Shown one piece after another: positions 22,336 through 31,887 of a stretch of DNA of 44,980 nt; the first letter of the stretch is position 1; every line of letters begins with the position of its first letter. The notes under the pieces are model-generated. The model saw only the letters and a list, made by a program, of their open reading frames with translations. It ran no database searches and was not told the DNA's origin. The position numbers and the translations under genes were made by a program. Origin of the DNA: an uncultured Oscillospiraceae bacterium. GTDB lineage: Bacteria > Bacillota > Clostridia > Oscillospirales > Oscillospiraceae. The stretch is taken from the NCBI GenBank assembly GCA_964618385.1, contig CAZUAN010000002.1, positions 1-44,980 on the forward strand. The letters are read 5' to 3'.

Positions 22336-24484
22336 AAACGGCTACGCTGTGCTGCGTCTGAACATAGGCGGCGGCCAGACCGTGACCGTGGTGGGTACCA
22401 TTCCGCTGCCTTCTGTGGGAGAACGTCTGATGGTTACGGGCCGCTGGAGCAATCACGCCAGTTACGGCCGTCAGTTTGAAGCGGAATTTTTGGAGCGTCT
22501 TATGCCTCAGACCGACATGGAGATTCTGAGCTATCTGAGCAGCCGGGTCATCAAGGGCATCGGGCCCCGGATGGCCTCCCGGATTGTGGAGCATTTTGGG
22601 GAGCAGACGCTGCGCGTTATGGAGCAGACGCCGATGCGTCTGGCGGAGGTCTCCGGAATCTCCCCGGAAAAGGCCAAGGCCATCGGCGAGGAATTCCGCC
22701 TGCAGATGGGAATGCGGCAGCTGATGGAGTTTTTTGCGCTGCACCACCTCCCGGCAGAACTTGCGGTGCGCACCTATAAAATATACGGTGACAGCACCAT
22801 CGAGCTGCTATACGACGATCCGTATCTGCTGATGGAAGACGGGCTGGAAGCCCCCTTCAATTCGGTGGACCGCTTTGCCATTGAGCTTGGCGTAGCGGGG
22901 GACGATCCCCGGCGGGTGGAGGCCGGCCTGCTGTTCGAGCTGACTTACAACCTGACGGCGGGCCACAGCTTTCTGCCGGAGGACAAGCTGATCTCCGCCA
23001 CAGCGGAGCTGCTGTCCGTGGCAGCGGAGGCTGTGGGACAGGCCATGGAACGGCTGCTGGAAGCGGGCAGGCTGGTGCGGGAAAAACTGGCGGGGATCTC
23101 GGTGATCTATCTGCCCCGGCTGCACGAAGCGGAAAGCTACTGCGCGCAAAGCCTGACAGCCTTTGCCCGTCAGCGCTTTCCAGCGCCAAAAGATCTGGAC
23201 AGCATGATCCGTCAGGCCGCCCGGGAAGGCGGAATCGCGTACTCCGCCGGACAGGAAAATGCCATCCGGGAAGCGGCTGCCTCCGGCCTGCTGCTGATTA
23301 CCGGCGGCCCCGGCACCGGTAAAACCACCATCTTAAACGGCATTCTCTCCCTGCTGGGACAGATGCAGCTGCGCTGCCTGCTGGCAGCGCCCACCGGCCG
23401 GGCCGCCAAACGGCTGACGGAGGTCACCGGGGAGGACGCCTCCACCATCCATCGCCTGCTGGAAGCCGGCATTGATCCCGCCACGGGCAAAATGTTCTTT
23501 GCCCGGAACCGGGATAATCCGCTGAAAGCCGACGCGGTGATTGTGGATGAAATGTCCATGGTGGACGTGGAACTGCTGTACGCTCTTTTGCAGGCCATCC
23601 CTCAAGGCAAACGATTGATTCTGGTGGGCGACCCTGACCAGCTTCCTCCTGTCGGCCCAGGCTTTCCCTTCAGCGATATGCTGCGCAGCGGCCAGCTTCC
23701 CACCGTGCGTCTGACGGAGATTTTCCGCCAGGCCCGGCAGAGCCTGATCGTTATGAACGCGCATCGGGTAAACCAGGGGGAACTGCCGGAGCTGAAAACC
23801 GTCACCAGCGATTTCTTCTTTCTGCGCCGGCAGAACGAGGATGGGGTTTGCCGGCTGATTCAGGATCTTTGCACCACCCGGCTGCCCAAAAACATGGGTA
23901 TCCCGGCGGATCAGATTCAGGTGCTGTCCCCCACCCGAAAAGGCGGCGTCGGCACCACGAGCCTGAACAAGCTGCTGCAGGCTGCCCTGAATCCCCCGGC
24001 TCCCGGGAAAAAAGAACGGCCTTTCGGAGAATTTATTTTCCGGGAAGGGGATCGGGTGATGCAAATTCGAAACAATTATGATATAATGTGGAAAAAGAGT
24101 GACGGCAGCGCCATTGGAACCGGCATTTTCAACGGCGATGTAGGCACAATCCGAGCGATTGATCCCGATGCGGAAACCATAACCATCGTCTTTGATGACC
24201 GGGAAGCGGAGTATGCGTTTACCCAGCTGAACGAATTGGAGCCGGCCTATGCCATAACGGTACACAAAAGCCAGGGCAGCGAATACCGGGCCGTGATTCT
24301 AGCCGCCTGGAACGGGTCGCCGTATCTGCTCAGCCGCAGTATTCTCTACACCGCCATTACCCGCGCAAGGGAGCTTCTGATTATCGTTGGAAAAGAGGAA
24401 ACTGTGGCGGCAATGACCAACAATGCCCGGAAAAACCGCCGCTACACCGGCCTGAAGCTGCGTTTACAGGGGAAAACGGGATGA
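22286..24484 (+). CDS. recD2: ATP-dependent RecD-like DNA helicase (RecD2)
   Basis: HhH IKGIGP, TGGPGTGKTT, APTGRAAKRL, VDEMSMVD, LVGDPDQLPPVGPG, AYAITVHKSQGSE, YTAITRA. Start uncertain: TTG 22259, TTG 22274 or ATG 22286. Confidence 0.93.
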   Translation: MEILQGAVSAVVYQNYENGYAVLRLNIGGGQTVTVVGTIPLPSVGERLMVTGRWSNHASYGRQFEAEFLERLMPQTDMEILSYLSSRVIKGIGPRMASRIVEHFGEQTLRVMEQTPMRLAEVSGISPEKAKAIGEEFRLQMGMRQLMEFFALHHLPAELAVRTYKIYGDSTIELLYDDPYLLMEDGLEAPFNSVDRFAIELGVAGDDPRRVEAGLLFELTYNLTAGHSFLPEDKLISATAELLSVAAEAVGQAMERLLEAGRLVREKLAGISVIYLPRLHEAESYCAQSLTAFARQRFPAPKDLDSMIRQAAREGGIAYSAGQENAIREAAASGLLLITGGPGTGKTTILNGILSLLGQMQLRCLLAAPTGRAAKRLTEVTGEDASTIHRLLEAGIDPATGKMFFARNRDNPLKADAVIVDEMSMVDVELLYALLQAIPQGKRLILVGDPDQLPPVGPGFPFSDMLRSGQLPTVRLTEIFRQARQSLIVMNAHRVNQGELPELKTVTSDFFFLRRQNEDGVCRLIQDLCTTRLPKNMGIPADQIQVLSPTRKGGVGTTSLNKLLQAALNPPAPGKKERPFGEFIFREGDRVMQIRNNYDIMWKKSDGSAIGTGIFNGDVGTIRAIDPDAETITIVFDDREAEYAFTQLNELEPAYAITVHKSQGSEYRAVILAAWNGSPYLLSRSILYTAITRARELLIIVGKEETVAAMTNNARKNRRYTGLKLRLQGKTG

Positions 24485-25134
24485 GACTATACCACTGGTT
24501 ACTCAACCTGCTGTTCCCGCCAAAATGCGTATTGTGCGGGGCGCTCCTGAAAAATGAGGAGCTGGATCTGTGCAGACGGTGCCGGGTGGAGGCTCCCTGG
24601 TACCCGAACCGAAAAGAAAAGCTGCGCTTTCTTGACAGTTTCGCCGCAGTCTGGTACTATGAAGGCAGCGTAAGGAAAAGTCTGCTGCATTATAAGTTCT
24701 ACGGTGCCCGTTCCTACGCCGGAGCTTACGGCAGAATGCTTGCCATGAAGCTTCAGGAGGAATATCCCGAAGGCTTCGACTGCCTGACCTGGATCCCGGT
24801 TAGCCGTCTGCGGCGCTTCCGCCGGGGCTATGACCAGGTGAAGCTGCTGGCCCAGGCCACAGGGAAGGAGCTGGGAATGATTCCTGTCCCTCTGATCGAA
24901 AAAATTCGCCATAACCGTCCCCAGTCCGGCGTCCATGGCGCGGCGGAGCGCCGGGCCAACGTGTTGGGGGTCTACCGCGTCACTGCTGCCGCCGGATCGC
25001 TTTCCGGAAAGCGGGTGCTAATGCTGGACGACATTCTGACCACAGGCGCCACTGCGGGAGAAGCGGCCAGAGTTTTGCTGACTGCCGGGGCAAAGGAAGT
25101 ACATTGCGCCGTAATCGCGGCGGCACGAAAGTAA
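24481..25134 (+). CDS. comF: ComF family protein (zinc ribbon + PRTase domain)
   Basis: LFPPKCVLC..LCRRC, RRGYDQ, LMLDDILTTGAT. Confidence 0.9.
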   Translation: MRLYHWLLNLLFPPKCVLCGALLKNEELDLCRRCRVEAPWYPNRKEKLRFLDSFAAVWYYEGSVRKSLLHYKFYGARSYAGAYGRMLAMKLQEEYPEGFDCLTWIPVSRLRRFRRGYDQVKLLAQATGKELGMIPVPLIEKIRHNRPQSGVHGAAERRANVLGVYRVTAAAGSLSGKRVLMLDDILTTGATAGEAARVLLTAGAKEVHCAVIAAARK

Positions 25135-25147
25135 AGTAGGTGTCATT

Positions 25148-26185
25148 ATGTTTTTATTTTCCAATGACCTGGGTGTCGACCTGGGTACCTCCAACGTTCT
25201 GATTTATGCCGACGGAAAAGGTCTGGTGGTTCGGGAGCCTTCCGTCGTGGCCGTGGATCGCAATACCGGTAAAATTCTCCAGGTTGGCGCGGCCGCCCGG
25301 AACATGCTGGGCCGGACCCCCGGCAATGTGGTGGCCATGCACCCGCTGAAGGACGGCATCGTTTCGGATCATGAGATGACCGTTCGTATGCTCCAGGAGA
25401 TGTTCAGAACCGCAACCAAGGCCTCCGTGTTCACGCCCAAGCCCCGTGTTGTCATCTCCGTACCCTCCGGCGTGTCAGAGGTAGAGGAGCGCTCCGTCAT
25501 CAACGCCGCCATTGAAGCCGGCGCCCGCCGTGTATTCCTGATAGAAGAACCCCTGGCTGCCGGCCTGGGCGCGGGCCTGGACATCCGGGGAGCCAGCGGC
25601 CATCTGGTGGTGGACATCGGCGGCGGCACCACCGATATCGCCGTTTTGAGCATGAACGGGGTGGCCGTGTCCTCCTCCCTGAAAATTGCGGGCAACTATT
25701 TTGACGAAATGATCGCCCGTTATGTCCGCCGTCAGCACGGCGTGGTCATCGGGGAAGTCACGGCGGAAAATATCAAAATTCAAATTGGACAGGCCTACCC
25801 CCGGGACGAGGAGCGCAGCATGAACGTCAAGGGCCGTGATTACAAAACGGGTATGCCCAAAACGGTCACGCTGACCTCCACCGAAATCTATGAGGTTCTC
25901 CGCCGCCCGGCCCGTCAGATTGCGGACGAGGTGCTGGCCGTACTGGAGCACACCAGTCCGGAGCTGGTTTCCGACGTTTCTGAGAACGGCATCACCCTCA
26001 CAGGCGGCTGCGGTCAGCTGTGGGGTATGGATCTGTTGCTGATGGAGCGCACCGGCATCGCCTGCATCCTGGCAGATGATCCCGACTCCTGCACAGCCTA
26101 CGGTGCGGGCAAAAGTCTGGCCTGGATCAACAACATGCAGGAAGGCCCCATTAACATCGCGCGAAAACGCGCCATGCGCGGCTGA
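25148..26185 (+). CDS. MreB/Mbl family actin-like rod shape protein
   Basis: DLGTSN, EPSVVA, EEPLAA, VDIGGGTT, LTGGCGQL; paralog identity (MreB or Mbl) not resolved. Confidence 0.9.
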   Translation: MFLFSNDLGVDLGTSNVLIYADGKGLVVREPSVVAVDRNTGKILQVGAAARNMLGRTPGNVVAMHPLKDGIVSDHEMTVRMLQEMFRTATKASVFTPKPRVVISVPSGVSEVEERSVINAAIEAGARRVFLIEEPLAAGLGAGLDIRGASGHLVVDIGGGTTDIAVLSMNGVAVSSSLKIAGNYFDEMIARYVRRQHGVVIGEVTAENIKIQIGQAYPRDEERSMNVKGRDYKTGMPKTVTLTSTEIYEVLRRPARQIADEVLAVLEHTSPELVSDVSENGITLTGGCGQLWGMDLLLMERTGIACILADDPDSCTAYGAGKSLAWINNMQEGPINIARKRAMRG

Positions 26186-26309
26186 TCCTGTTTCCCGGAA
26201 AAAGCTCCATCCCTCGGATTTAACATTTTTATGGAATATCCGAATGACGCACCCCCGCCGGCATGTTCCGGCGGGTTTTTCATCTCTGCTCGGATTCCCT
26301 TCGGAATAC

Positions 26310-26340
26310 AAAAACCGTTCTGCTTCCGCAGAACGGTTTT
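26310..26340. terminator. Bidirectional terminator between mreB-like gene and rpsU
   Basis: AAAACCGTTCTGC-TTCC-GCAGAACGGTTTT; a second hairpin CCCGCCGG..CCGGCGGG-TTTTT at about 26254-26280. Confidence 0.8.
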
Positions 26341-26359
26341 AGGCACTATGCAAGAGGGA

Positions 26360-26542
26360 TCAGTAGAATTTTCTCTTGTTTTTACGGGCAGCTTCCGACT
26401 TCTGCTTACGCTTCAGGCTTGGGCTGACGTAATGTTCGCGCTTTTTCACTTCGGCAATAACGCCCTCCTTGGCACAGCTGCGCTTAAACCGGCGCAGAGC
26501 GCTTTCCAGAGATTCGTTTTCCTTAACGCGAATTTCAGACAT
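26360..26542 (-). CDS. rpsU: 30S ribosomal protein S21
   Basis: [21 protein letters not shown]...KREHYVSPS; start at ATG 26542. Confidence 0.96.
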   Translation of the reverse strand: MSEIRVKENESLESALRRFKRSCAKEGVIAEVKKREHYVSPSLKRKQKSEAARKNKRKFY

Positions 26543-26613
26543 TGTTTTCCCTCCCTCCGACGGCATCCGGCTGGTTCCTGGATGCTTTCAGGGCCTAAAC
26601 ACTAGGCTTATGT

Positions 26614-26642
26614 ATTATATCCGTCTTTTCCCTAATTGTCAA
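26614..26642 (-). promoter_or_regulatory. Consensus SigA promoter for rpsU
   Basis: Minus strand TTGACA-17 bp-TATAAT, perfect consensus. Confidence 0.85.
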
Positions 26643-26735
26643 GAAAGAATTCGTTAAAATTACAAAAAACTTCACGCAGCACGGATCCAAACCCATGCCA
26701 GTTCCCGCGCCAAAGCCGCGGTGCAGGTACCGGGC

Positions 26736-29162
26736 TTATCCTTTCACAATCAGGTTGACCAGTTTGTTCCGAACCACGATGGTCTTGACCAGCTGTCCTC
26801 CCTGCTTTTGGAGGAACCGGGCGATTTTTTCGTCGGCCATGGCGTTGGCTACCACTTCCTCGCTGCTCAGATCCGCGTTCATCATCACGGTGCCGCGCAT
26901 CTTGCCGTTGACCTGAACTGCAATGTTGACCTGGGAGTCCTTGCATTTTTCCTCGTCATAGGTCGGCCAGCTTTCGAAGGCGATGGTGTCATCATGCCCC
27001 AGAATCTGCCAAATCTCCTCGCCGATATGGGGCGTGATGCAGGAAAGCATCTTGATAAAGCCCTCCGCATAGGCCCTGGGGCAGGAGCCGTTTTTATAGA
27101 CCGCATTGACAAAGACCATCATCTGGGCAATGGCCGTGTTGAAGCCCAGCGATTCAAAGTCAGAGGTCACCTTTTTTACGGTCTGGTGGTAGATCTTGGT
27201 GAGCCGGCCATCGTCGGTATCGGTGATATTGGCGCTCTGTGTGAAAAAGCTCCAGACACGGTTGAGGAATTTCTTGGCGCCGACCACACCGGTGGTACTC
27301 CAGGGCTTGGAAACCTCCAGGGGCCCCATGAACATCTCATACAGCCGCAGGGTATCTGCGCCGTAGTCCCGGACCACATCGCTGGGATTGACCACAAATT
27401 CGGGGTAACGCTTGCCCATCTTGATGCCGTTCTCCCCCAGAATCATCCCCTGGTGAACCAGCTTCTGGAACGGCTCTTTCACAGGAGACAGGCCCTGATC
27501 ATAGAGGAAGCGGTTCCAGATTCGGGCGTACATCAGGTGTCCCACCGCGTGTTCCGGGCCGCCGATGTACAGATCCACAGGCATCCAGTGCTTCAGCAGC
27601 TCCGGATCGCAGAAGGTCTGCTCATTGGCAGGGTCGATATAACGCATATAATACCACGAGGACCCGGCGCTGCCGGGCATGGTAGAGGTTTCCCGGACAC
27701 CGTGAATTCCGTTGCGGTCATATTGCTTCCAGGCGGTGGCGTTTTCCAGAGGCGCCTGGCCGCCGCGTCCCCTGTAATCTTCCAGCTCCGGCAGTATCAG
27801 GGGCAGCTCATCGTCAGGCAGGAACACGGTTTTCCCGTCCTCGGTATAGACGCAGGGAACCGGCTCTCCCCAGTAACGCTGGCGGGCAAAAATCCACTCC
27901 CGGAAGTGATAATTGATCTTTCTTCTGGCCACGCCCATGGCTTCCAGCTTACAGGTGATGGCTTCCTTGGCCTCCTCCACGGTCAGACCGGTGAACTCCT
28001 CGGAATTTATGAGCCTGCAGCCCTTACCCAGATAGTCCTGCTTTTCAAAGGCCCGCTCGGAGACATCCCGGCCTTCAATGACCTGAACCATGCCGATGCC
28101 GTGAGCCTGGGCGTATTCAAAGTCCCTCTGGTCATGGCTGGGAACCGCCATGACAGCGCCGGTGCCGTAACTGGCCAGGACAAAATCGCCGATGAACACA
28201 GGAACCTGCTTGCCGTTAACCGGGTTGACGGCATACACGCCCTCCAGCCGGCAGCCGGATTTGGTTTTGTTCAGCTCTGTGCGGTCCATATCACTTTTCT
28301 TCACGGACTCGTCGATGTAAGCCTGGACTTCCTCTTTGTTCTGTACCCGATCCATCAGGGACTGAACGATCTTGCCGTCGGGAGCCAGAACCATGAAGGT
28401 GATGCCGTAGATCGTCTCGATACAGGTGGTGTAGATGGAAAATTCACCGCCGCCCACCAGCTGGAAATCCACTTCCACACCGGTACTCTTGCCGATCCAG
28501 TTGCGCTGGATCTCCTTGGTGGATTCGGGCCAGTCGATGTGCTCCAGGCCTTCCAGCAGCTTTTCCGCAAAGGCGGGCTGATCAATGACCCATTGCATCA
28601 TGTTTTTCTTGACTACGGGATAGCCGCCCCGCTCGGATTTGCCGTCGATGACCTCGTCGTTGCTCAGGACGGTACCCAGCTCCTCGCACCAGTTTACGGG
28701 CATTTCGATCCGTTTGGCATAGCCCGCCTCATAGAGCTTCTTGAATATCCACTGGGTCCACTTGTAGAAAGACGGATCGGAGGTCGCGATCATCTTGGAC
28801 CAATCGTAGTCAAAGCCAAGCTCTTTGAGCTGGGCGGAAAAGGTTTTGATATTCTCCTGGGTAAAGCCGTTGGGATGATTGCCGGTGCTGACGGCGTACT
28901 GCTCCGCCGGCAGGCCAAAGGAGTCGTAGCCCATGGGGTGCAGCACGTTATAGCCCTGCATCCGCTTCATACGGGACATGATGTCGGTGGCAGTGTAGCC
29001 CTCGGGATGACCCGCATGAAGCCCTACGCCGGAGGGATAGGGGAACATATCCAGCACATAGTACTTGGGCTTGCTGAAATCCCACACATCGGTATAGAAG
29101 GTCTGATGCTCCTCCCAGTACCTCTGCCATTTCTTTTCAATCCTTGCAAACTCGTAATTCAT
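26736..29162 (-). CDS. leuS: Leucine--tRNA ligase
   Basis: MFPYPSGVGLHAGH (HIGH), GTGAVMAVPSHDQRD, KMGKR (KMSKS), IAVQVNGK; ATG 29162 follows GAGGTG. Confidence 0.97.
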   Translation of the reverse strand: MNYEFARIEKKWQRYWEEHQTFYTDVWDFSKPKYYVLDMFPYPSGVGLHAGHPEGYTATDIMSRMKRMQGYNVLHPMGYDSFGLPAEQYAVSTGNHPNGFTQENIKTFSAQLKELGFDYDWSKMIATSDPSFYKWTQWIFKKLYEAGYAKRIEMPVNWCEELGTVLSNDEVIDGKSERGGYPVVKKNMMQWVIDQPAFAEKLLEGLEHIDWPESTKEIQRNWIGKSTGVEVDFQLVGGGEFSIYTTCIETIYGITFMVLAPDGKIVQSLMDRVQNKEEVQAYIDESVKKSDMDRTELNKTKSGCRLEGVYAVNPVNGKQVPVFIGDFVLASYGTGAVMAVPSHDQRDFEYAQAHGIGMVQVIEGRDVSERAFEKQDYLGKGCRLINSEEFTGLTVEEAKEAITCKLEAMGVARRKINYHFREWIFARQRYWGEPVPCVYTEDGKTVFLPDDELPLILPELEDYRGRGGQAPLENATAWKQYDRNGIHGVRETSTMPGSAGSSWYYMRYIDPANEQTFCDPELLKHWMPVDLYIGGPEHAVGHLMYARIWNRFLYDQGLSPVKEPFQKLVHQGMILGENGIKMGKRYPEFVVNPSDVVRDYGADTLRLYEMFMGPLEVSKPWSTTGVVGAKKFLNRVWSFFTQSANITDTDDGRLTKIYHQTVKKVTSDFESLGFNTAIAQMMVFVNAVYKNGSCPRAYAEGFIKMLSCITPHIGEEIWQILGHDDTIAFESWPTYDEEKCKDSQVNIAVQVNGKMRGTVMMNADLSSEEVVANAMADEKIARFLQKQGGQLVKTIVVRNKLVNLIVKG

Positions 29163-29195
29163 TGCGAACACACCTCTTCTTTTCCGATAAACGGA

Positions 29196-29558
29196 TTATT
29201 CCGGCAGGGTGATCGTGGAAATATCCACCTGCTCGGCGTCTGACCACAGGCGTTCCAGGTCATAGAATTTCCGGGCCTCCTCGGTAAAGATGTGGATCAC
29301 AATGGAGCCGTAATCCAGCAGCTCCCAAGTGTTGCCCCGGTGCCCTTCCCGTCCCAGCATCGGCTCCCCCAGCTGCTCCAGCGTATACTCGGCATAGTCG
29401 CAGAGGGTCTTGACATGGGTATTGGAGGTGCCGGTGCAAATGAGAAAATAGTCTGCCAAGGAGCTGACCTTGTCGATTTTCAGCAGCTTGATATTCAGAC
29501 CCTTCTTCGCGTCCAGAGCCTTGGTCACTTCGTAGGCGATCTCTTTTGGTGTCAGCAT
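29196..29558 (-). CDS. rsfS: Ribosome silencing factor
   Basis: ALDAKKG..LADYFLICTGTSNTHV..WELLDYGSIVIHIF..RKFYDLERLW; start at ATG 29558. Confidence 0.95.
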   Translation of the reverse strand: MLTPKEIAYEVTKALDAKKGLNIKLLKIDKVSSLADYFLICTGTSNTHVKTLCDYAEYTLEQLGEPMLGREGHRGNTWELLDYGSIVIHIFTEEARKFYDLERLWSDAEQVDISTITLPE

Positions 29559-29589
29559 AATATTGTTTCCCTTTCTTCTGAAGGATGAT

Positions 29590-30777
29590 CTACACGGAAA
29601 TATGGACTCCCAGAAATTCCAGCGCTTCCCGGGATTCCGGCGAAATCTCACTGCCCTGCCGGTTTAGATGCTCCAGCGTCATTTTCAGCCCCAGCTTCAG
29701 GGCCGCCTGGATATCCGTATAGGCCAGTTCCCGGAGCGCCTCTACGCCGGGGAAGTCCCGGTTCGGCTCCATATAATCCGCCACATAAATAATCGTTTCA
29801 AGCAGGTTCATTCCCGCTTTCCCGGTGGTATGACTCCGAATGGCCGAAACCACCGCTTCATTTTCCCCAAAAATCCGCTCGGCTACCAGCGATCCCGTCA
29901 GAGCATGGAGGGTTTTGGGATATTTTCTGGAAAAATCATCTAATATTTTACCATAGGCGCGGCACAATGTCAATTGCAAGGGGCCGTCAATAGCCTTTGT
30001 AATATCGTGCAAAATTCCGGCCCGGGCGGCATCCGTGACATTTGCGCCCCAGCGCCGGGCCAGCTTCACCGCCGTATCCCGGCATCCCAGGACATGGGCA
30101 ACCCGTCTGGAATCCAAAAGGCTGATCACCACCTGTTCCAGCTGGTCCATGGGCAGATTTTTCCATTGGGCCTGCACATGGTACAGACGGTGTTCCCGGA
30201 TGTAATCCGCTACCCCCTCCGGCAGGAAATCCCCGGCGCACTGAAACGCCAGCATACGGCGCACCTGGGTGGAGGAGATGGCAACAATCCGATTCCGCAC
30301 CAGCTCCACGCTTGCTCCCAGGCTTTCCAGCCCGGCTTTTTGGGCCTCGATAGCAGATTGCTCCCCCGTTTCTCCCCGGCAGAAAACGCCAAGAGAGGCG
30401 TGCTTCAGAATCGTTTCCGAGTCCTTCCACTCCCGGAAGGAGAGAAACATGTCCGTCCCCATCAGCAGCACCAGCTGTGCGCTGGGATACCGTTCCTTCA
30501 GCGCCAGGACTGTATCAGCCGTGTAGCTGACACCCTCCCGGCAAAACTCCAGTTCCGAAACCTCCAGTCCCTGGCAGTCCGCCGCGGCAATGCGCAGCAT
30601 CTCCAGCCGCTGCCGGGGTGTGGGAGCGTCTGCCGGAAGGGACTTATGCGGCGCGGTGTAGGCCGGGACAAGAATGAGTCTGGAAAGGTTCAATTCCGCA
30701 GCTGCCTGCTTTGCCGCCTGAATATGCCCAATATGGGGTGGGTTAAAGGTTCCGCCAAAAATGCCGATTCTTTCCAT
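29590..30777 (-). CDS. nadD: Fused nicotinate-nucleotide adenylyltransferase NadD and HD-domain Ap4A hydrolase YqeK
   Basis: N-terminal half GGTFNPPHIGH, LMGTD, ISSTQVR; C-terminal half RVAHVLG, GILHDITK, HTTG, YVADYMEPNR. Confidence 0.9.
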   Translation of the reverse strand: MERIGIFGGTFNPPHIGHIQAAKQAAAELNLSRLILVPAYTAPHKSLPADAPTPRQRLEMLRIAAADCQGLEVSELEFCREGVSYTADTVLALKERYPSAQLVLLMGTDMFLSFREWKDSETILKHASLGVFCRGETGEQSAIEAQKAGLESLGASVELVRNRIVAISSTQVRRMLAFQCAGDFLPEGVADYIREHRLYHVQAQWKNLPMDQLEQVVISLLDSRRVAHVLGCRDTAVKLARRWGANVTDAARAGILHDITKAIDGPLQLTLCRAYGKILDDFSRKYPKTLHALTGSLVAERIFGENEAVVSAIRSHTTGKAGMNLLETIIYVADYMEPNRDFPGVEALRELAYTDIQAALKLGLKMTLEHLNRQGSEISPESREALEFLGVHISV

Positions 30778-30821
30778 ATGCACCTCTCCTATCCGTAATT
30801 CCCTGCGGGGGCTGTCATCCG

Positions 30822-31292
30822 TTAGCCCGGATTTTTTCGCTGTTTTTCCCGGTTTTGCTCAATGGCGCGTTCCATGGCCTGCTCCCGGAAATACTGATTG
30901 CGCTGCTCCCGCGCCTTCTTCGCCGCCTGGCGGCGGGCGCGAACCGCCCTGCCAACGGGATCGGATTTGCTTTTTGGCGTTTCCCTGCGCCTGGCCCGGC
31001 CAGTCTGGTTTCGTTCGCGCTGGCACTTTTCACTGAAACGCCAGATAACGAATCGGGAGCCGACACAGGAAATCCCCTCGGCGCCAGTGGCCGAGCAGAT
31101 CGCGTCGCTGGCTTCTCTGGCACTCATCAGAGCGCTTTCCAGCACCTTCCCCTTGACCAGTTCCCGGGCCGTTAACTGCCGCTCCGCTTCCGCCGCGACC
31201 GCTTCGGTCACACCGTCCTTGCCCACGGTCAGTGTGGATTCCAGGCTGTTGGCCTGAGCGCGGAATTCCGCGCGCTGCTTGCTTGTCAGCAT
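30822..31292 (-). CDS. yhbY: YhbY/CRM-domain RNA-binding protein with basic C-terminal extension
   Basis: MLTSKQRAEFRAQAN..VGKDGV..ARELVKGKVLE. Confidence 0.88.
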   Translation of the reverse strand: MLTSKQRAEFRAQANSLESTLTVGKDGVTEAVAAEAERQLTARELVKGKVLESALMSAREASDAICSATGAEGISCVGSRFVIWRFSEKCQRERNQTGRARRRETPKSKSDPVGRAVRARRQAAKKAREQRNQYFREQAMERAIEQNREKQRKNPG

Positions 31293-31885
31293 AAAGCCGC
31301 CTCCTTCAGTTTTTCATAGAAAATCCGCAGGGCATTGGCCCGGTGGGACACCCGGTTTTTCTCATCGGCGGAAACCTCCGCCAGAGTTTTTCCGTAGGGC
31401 GGGTAGTAAAAAATCGGATCGTAGCCAAAGCCTCCTGTCCCCGCAGGCTCCCGCAGCAGCTCCCCGTGAATCTCACCCCGGGCCTGGATGACCTGGCCAT
31501 CCGGCATGACCAGGGTAATCACGCAGACAAATTGGGTCTGCCGTTGGCCGTCAGGAACCTGCTCCGTGTTTTTCAGCAGAAGCTGGAGCCTGCCCCAGTC
31601 GTCCAGGGTGTCATCAAAGCCATACCGGGCGGAATAAACGCCGGGTTCGCCGTTCAATGCGTCCACAGCAATACCGGAGTCATCCGCCAGGGCCGGAAGG
31701 CCGGTGGCCTTCATCACAGCCTGCGCCTTCAAAAAGGAATTCTCCTCGAAGGTGGTGCCTGTCTCCTCCACATCAATATCCGCGCCCAGCTCGGACTGCA
31801 GAACCAATTGGATGTCAAACTGCTCCGTAATATTCCGGATTTCTTCCAGCTTGTGGGGATTTTTGCTTGCCAATACCACTTTCAT
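31286..31885 (-). CDS. rdgB: dITP/XTP pyrophosphatase (RdgB/HAM1)
   Basis: ASKNPHK, ETGTTFEENS, ADDSG, PGVYSARY, GFGYDPIF, KNRVSHRA. Confidence 0.95.
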   Translation of the reverse strand: MKVVLASKNPHKLEEIRNITEQFDIQLVLQSELGADIDVEETGTTFEENSFLKAQAVMKATGLPALADDSGIAVDALNGEPGVYSARYGFDDTLDDWGRLQLLLKNTEQVPDGQRQTQFVCVITLVMPDGQVIQARGEIHGELLREPAGTGGFGYDPIFYYPPYGKTLAEVSADEKNRVSHRANALRIFYEKLKEAALC

Positions 31886-31887
31886 GC

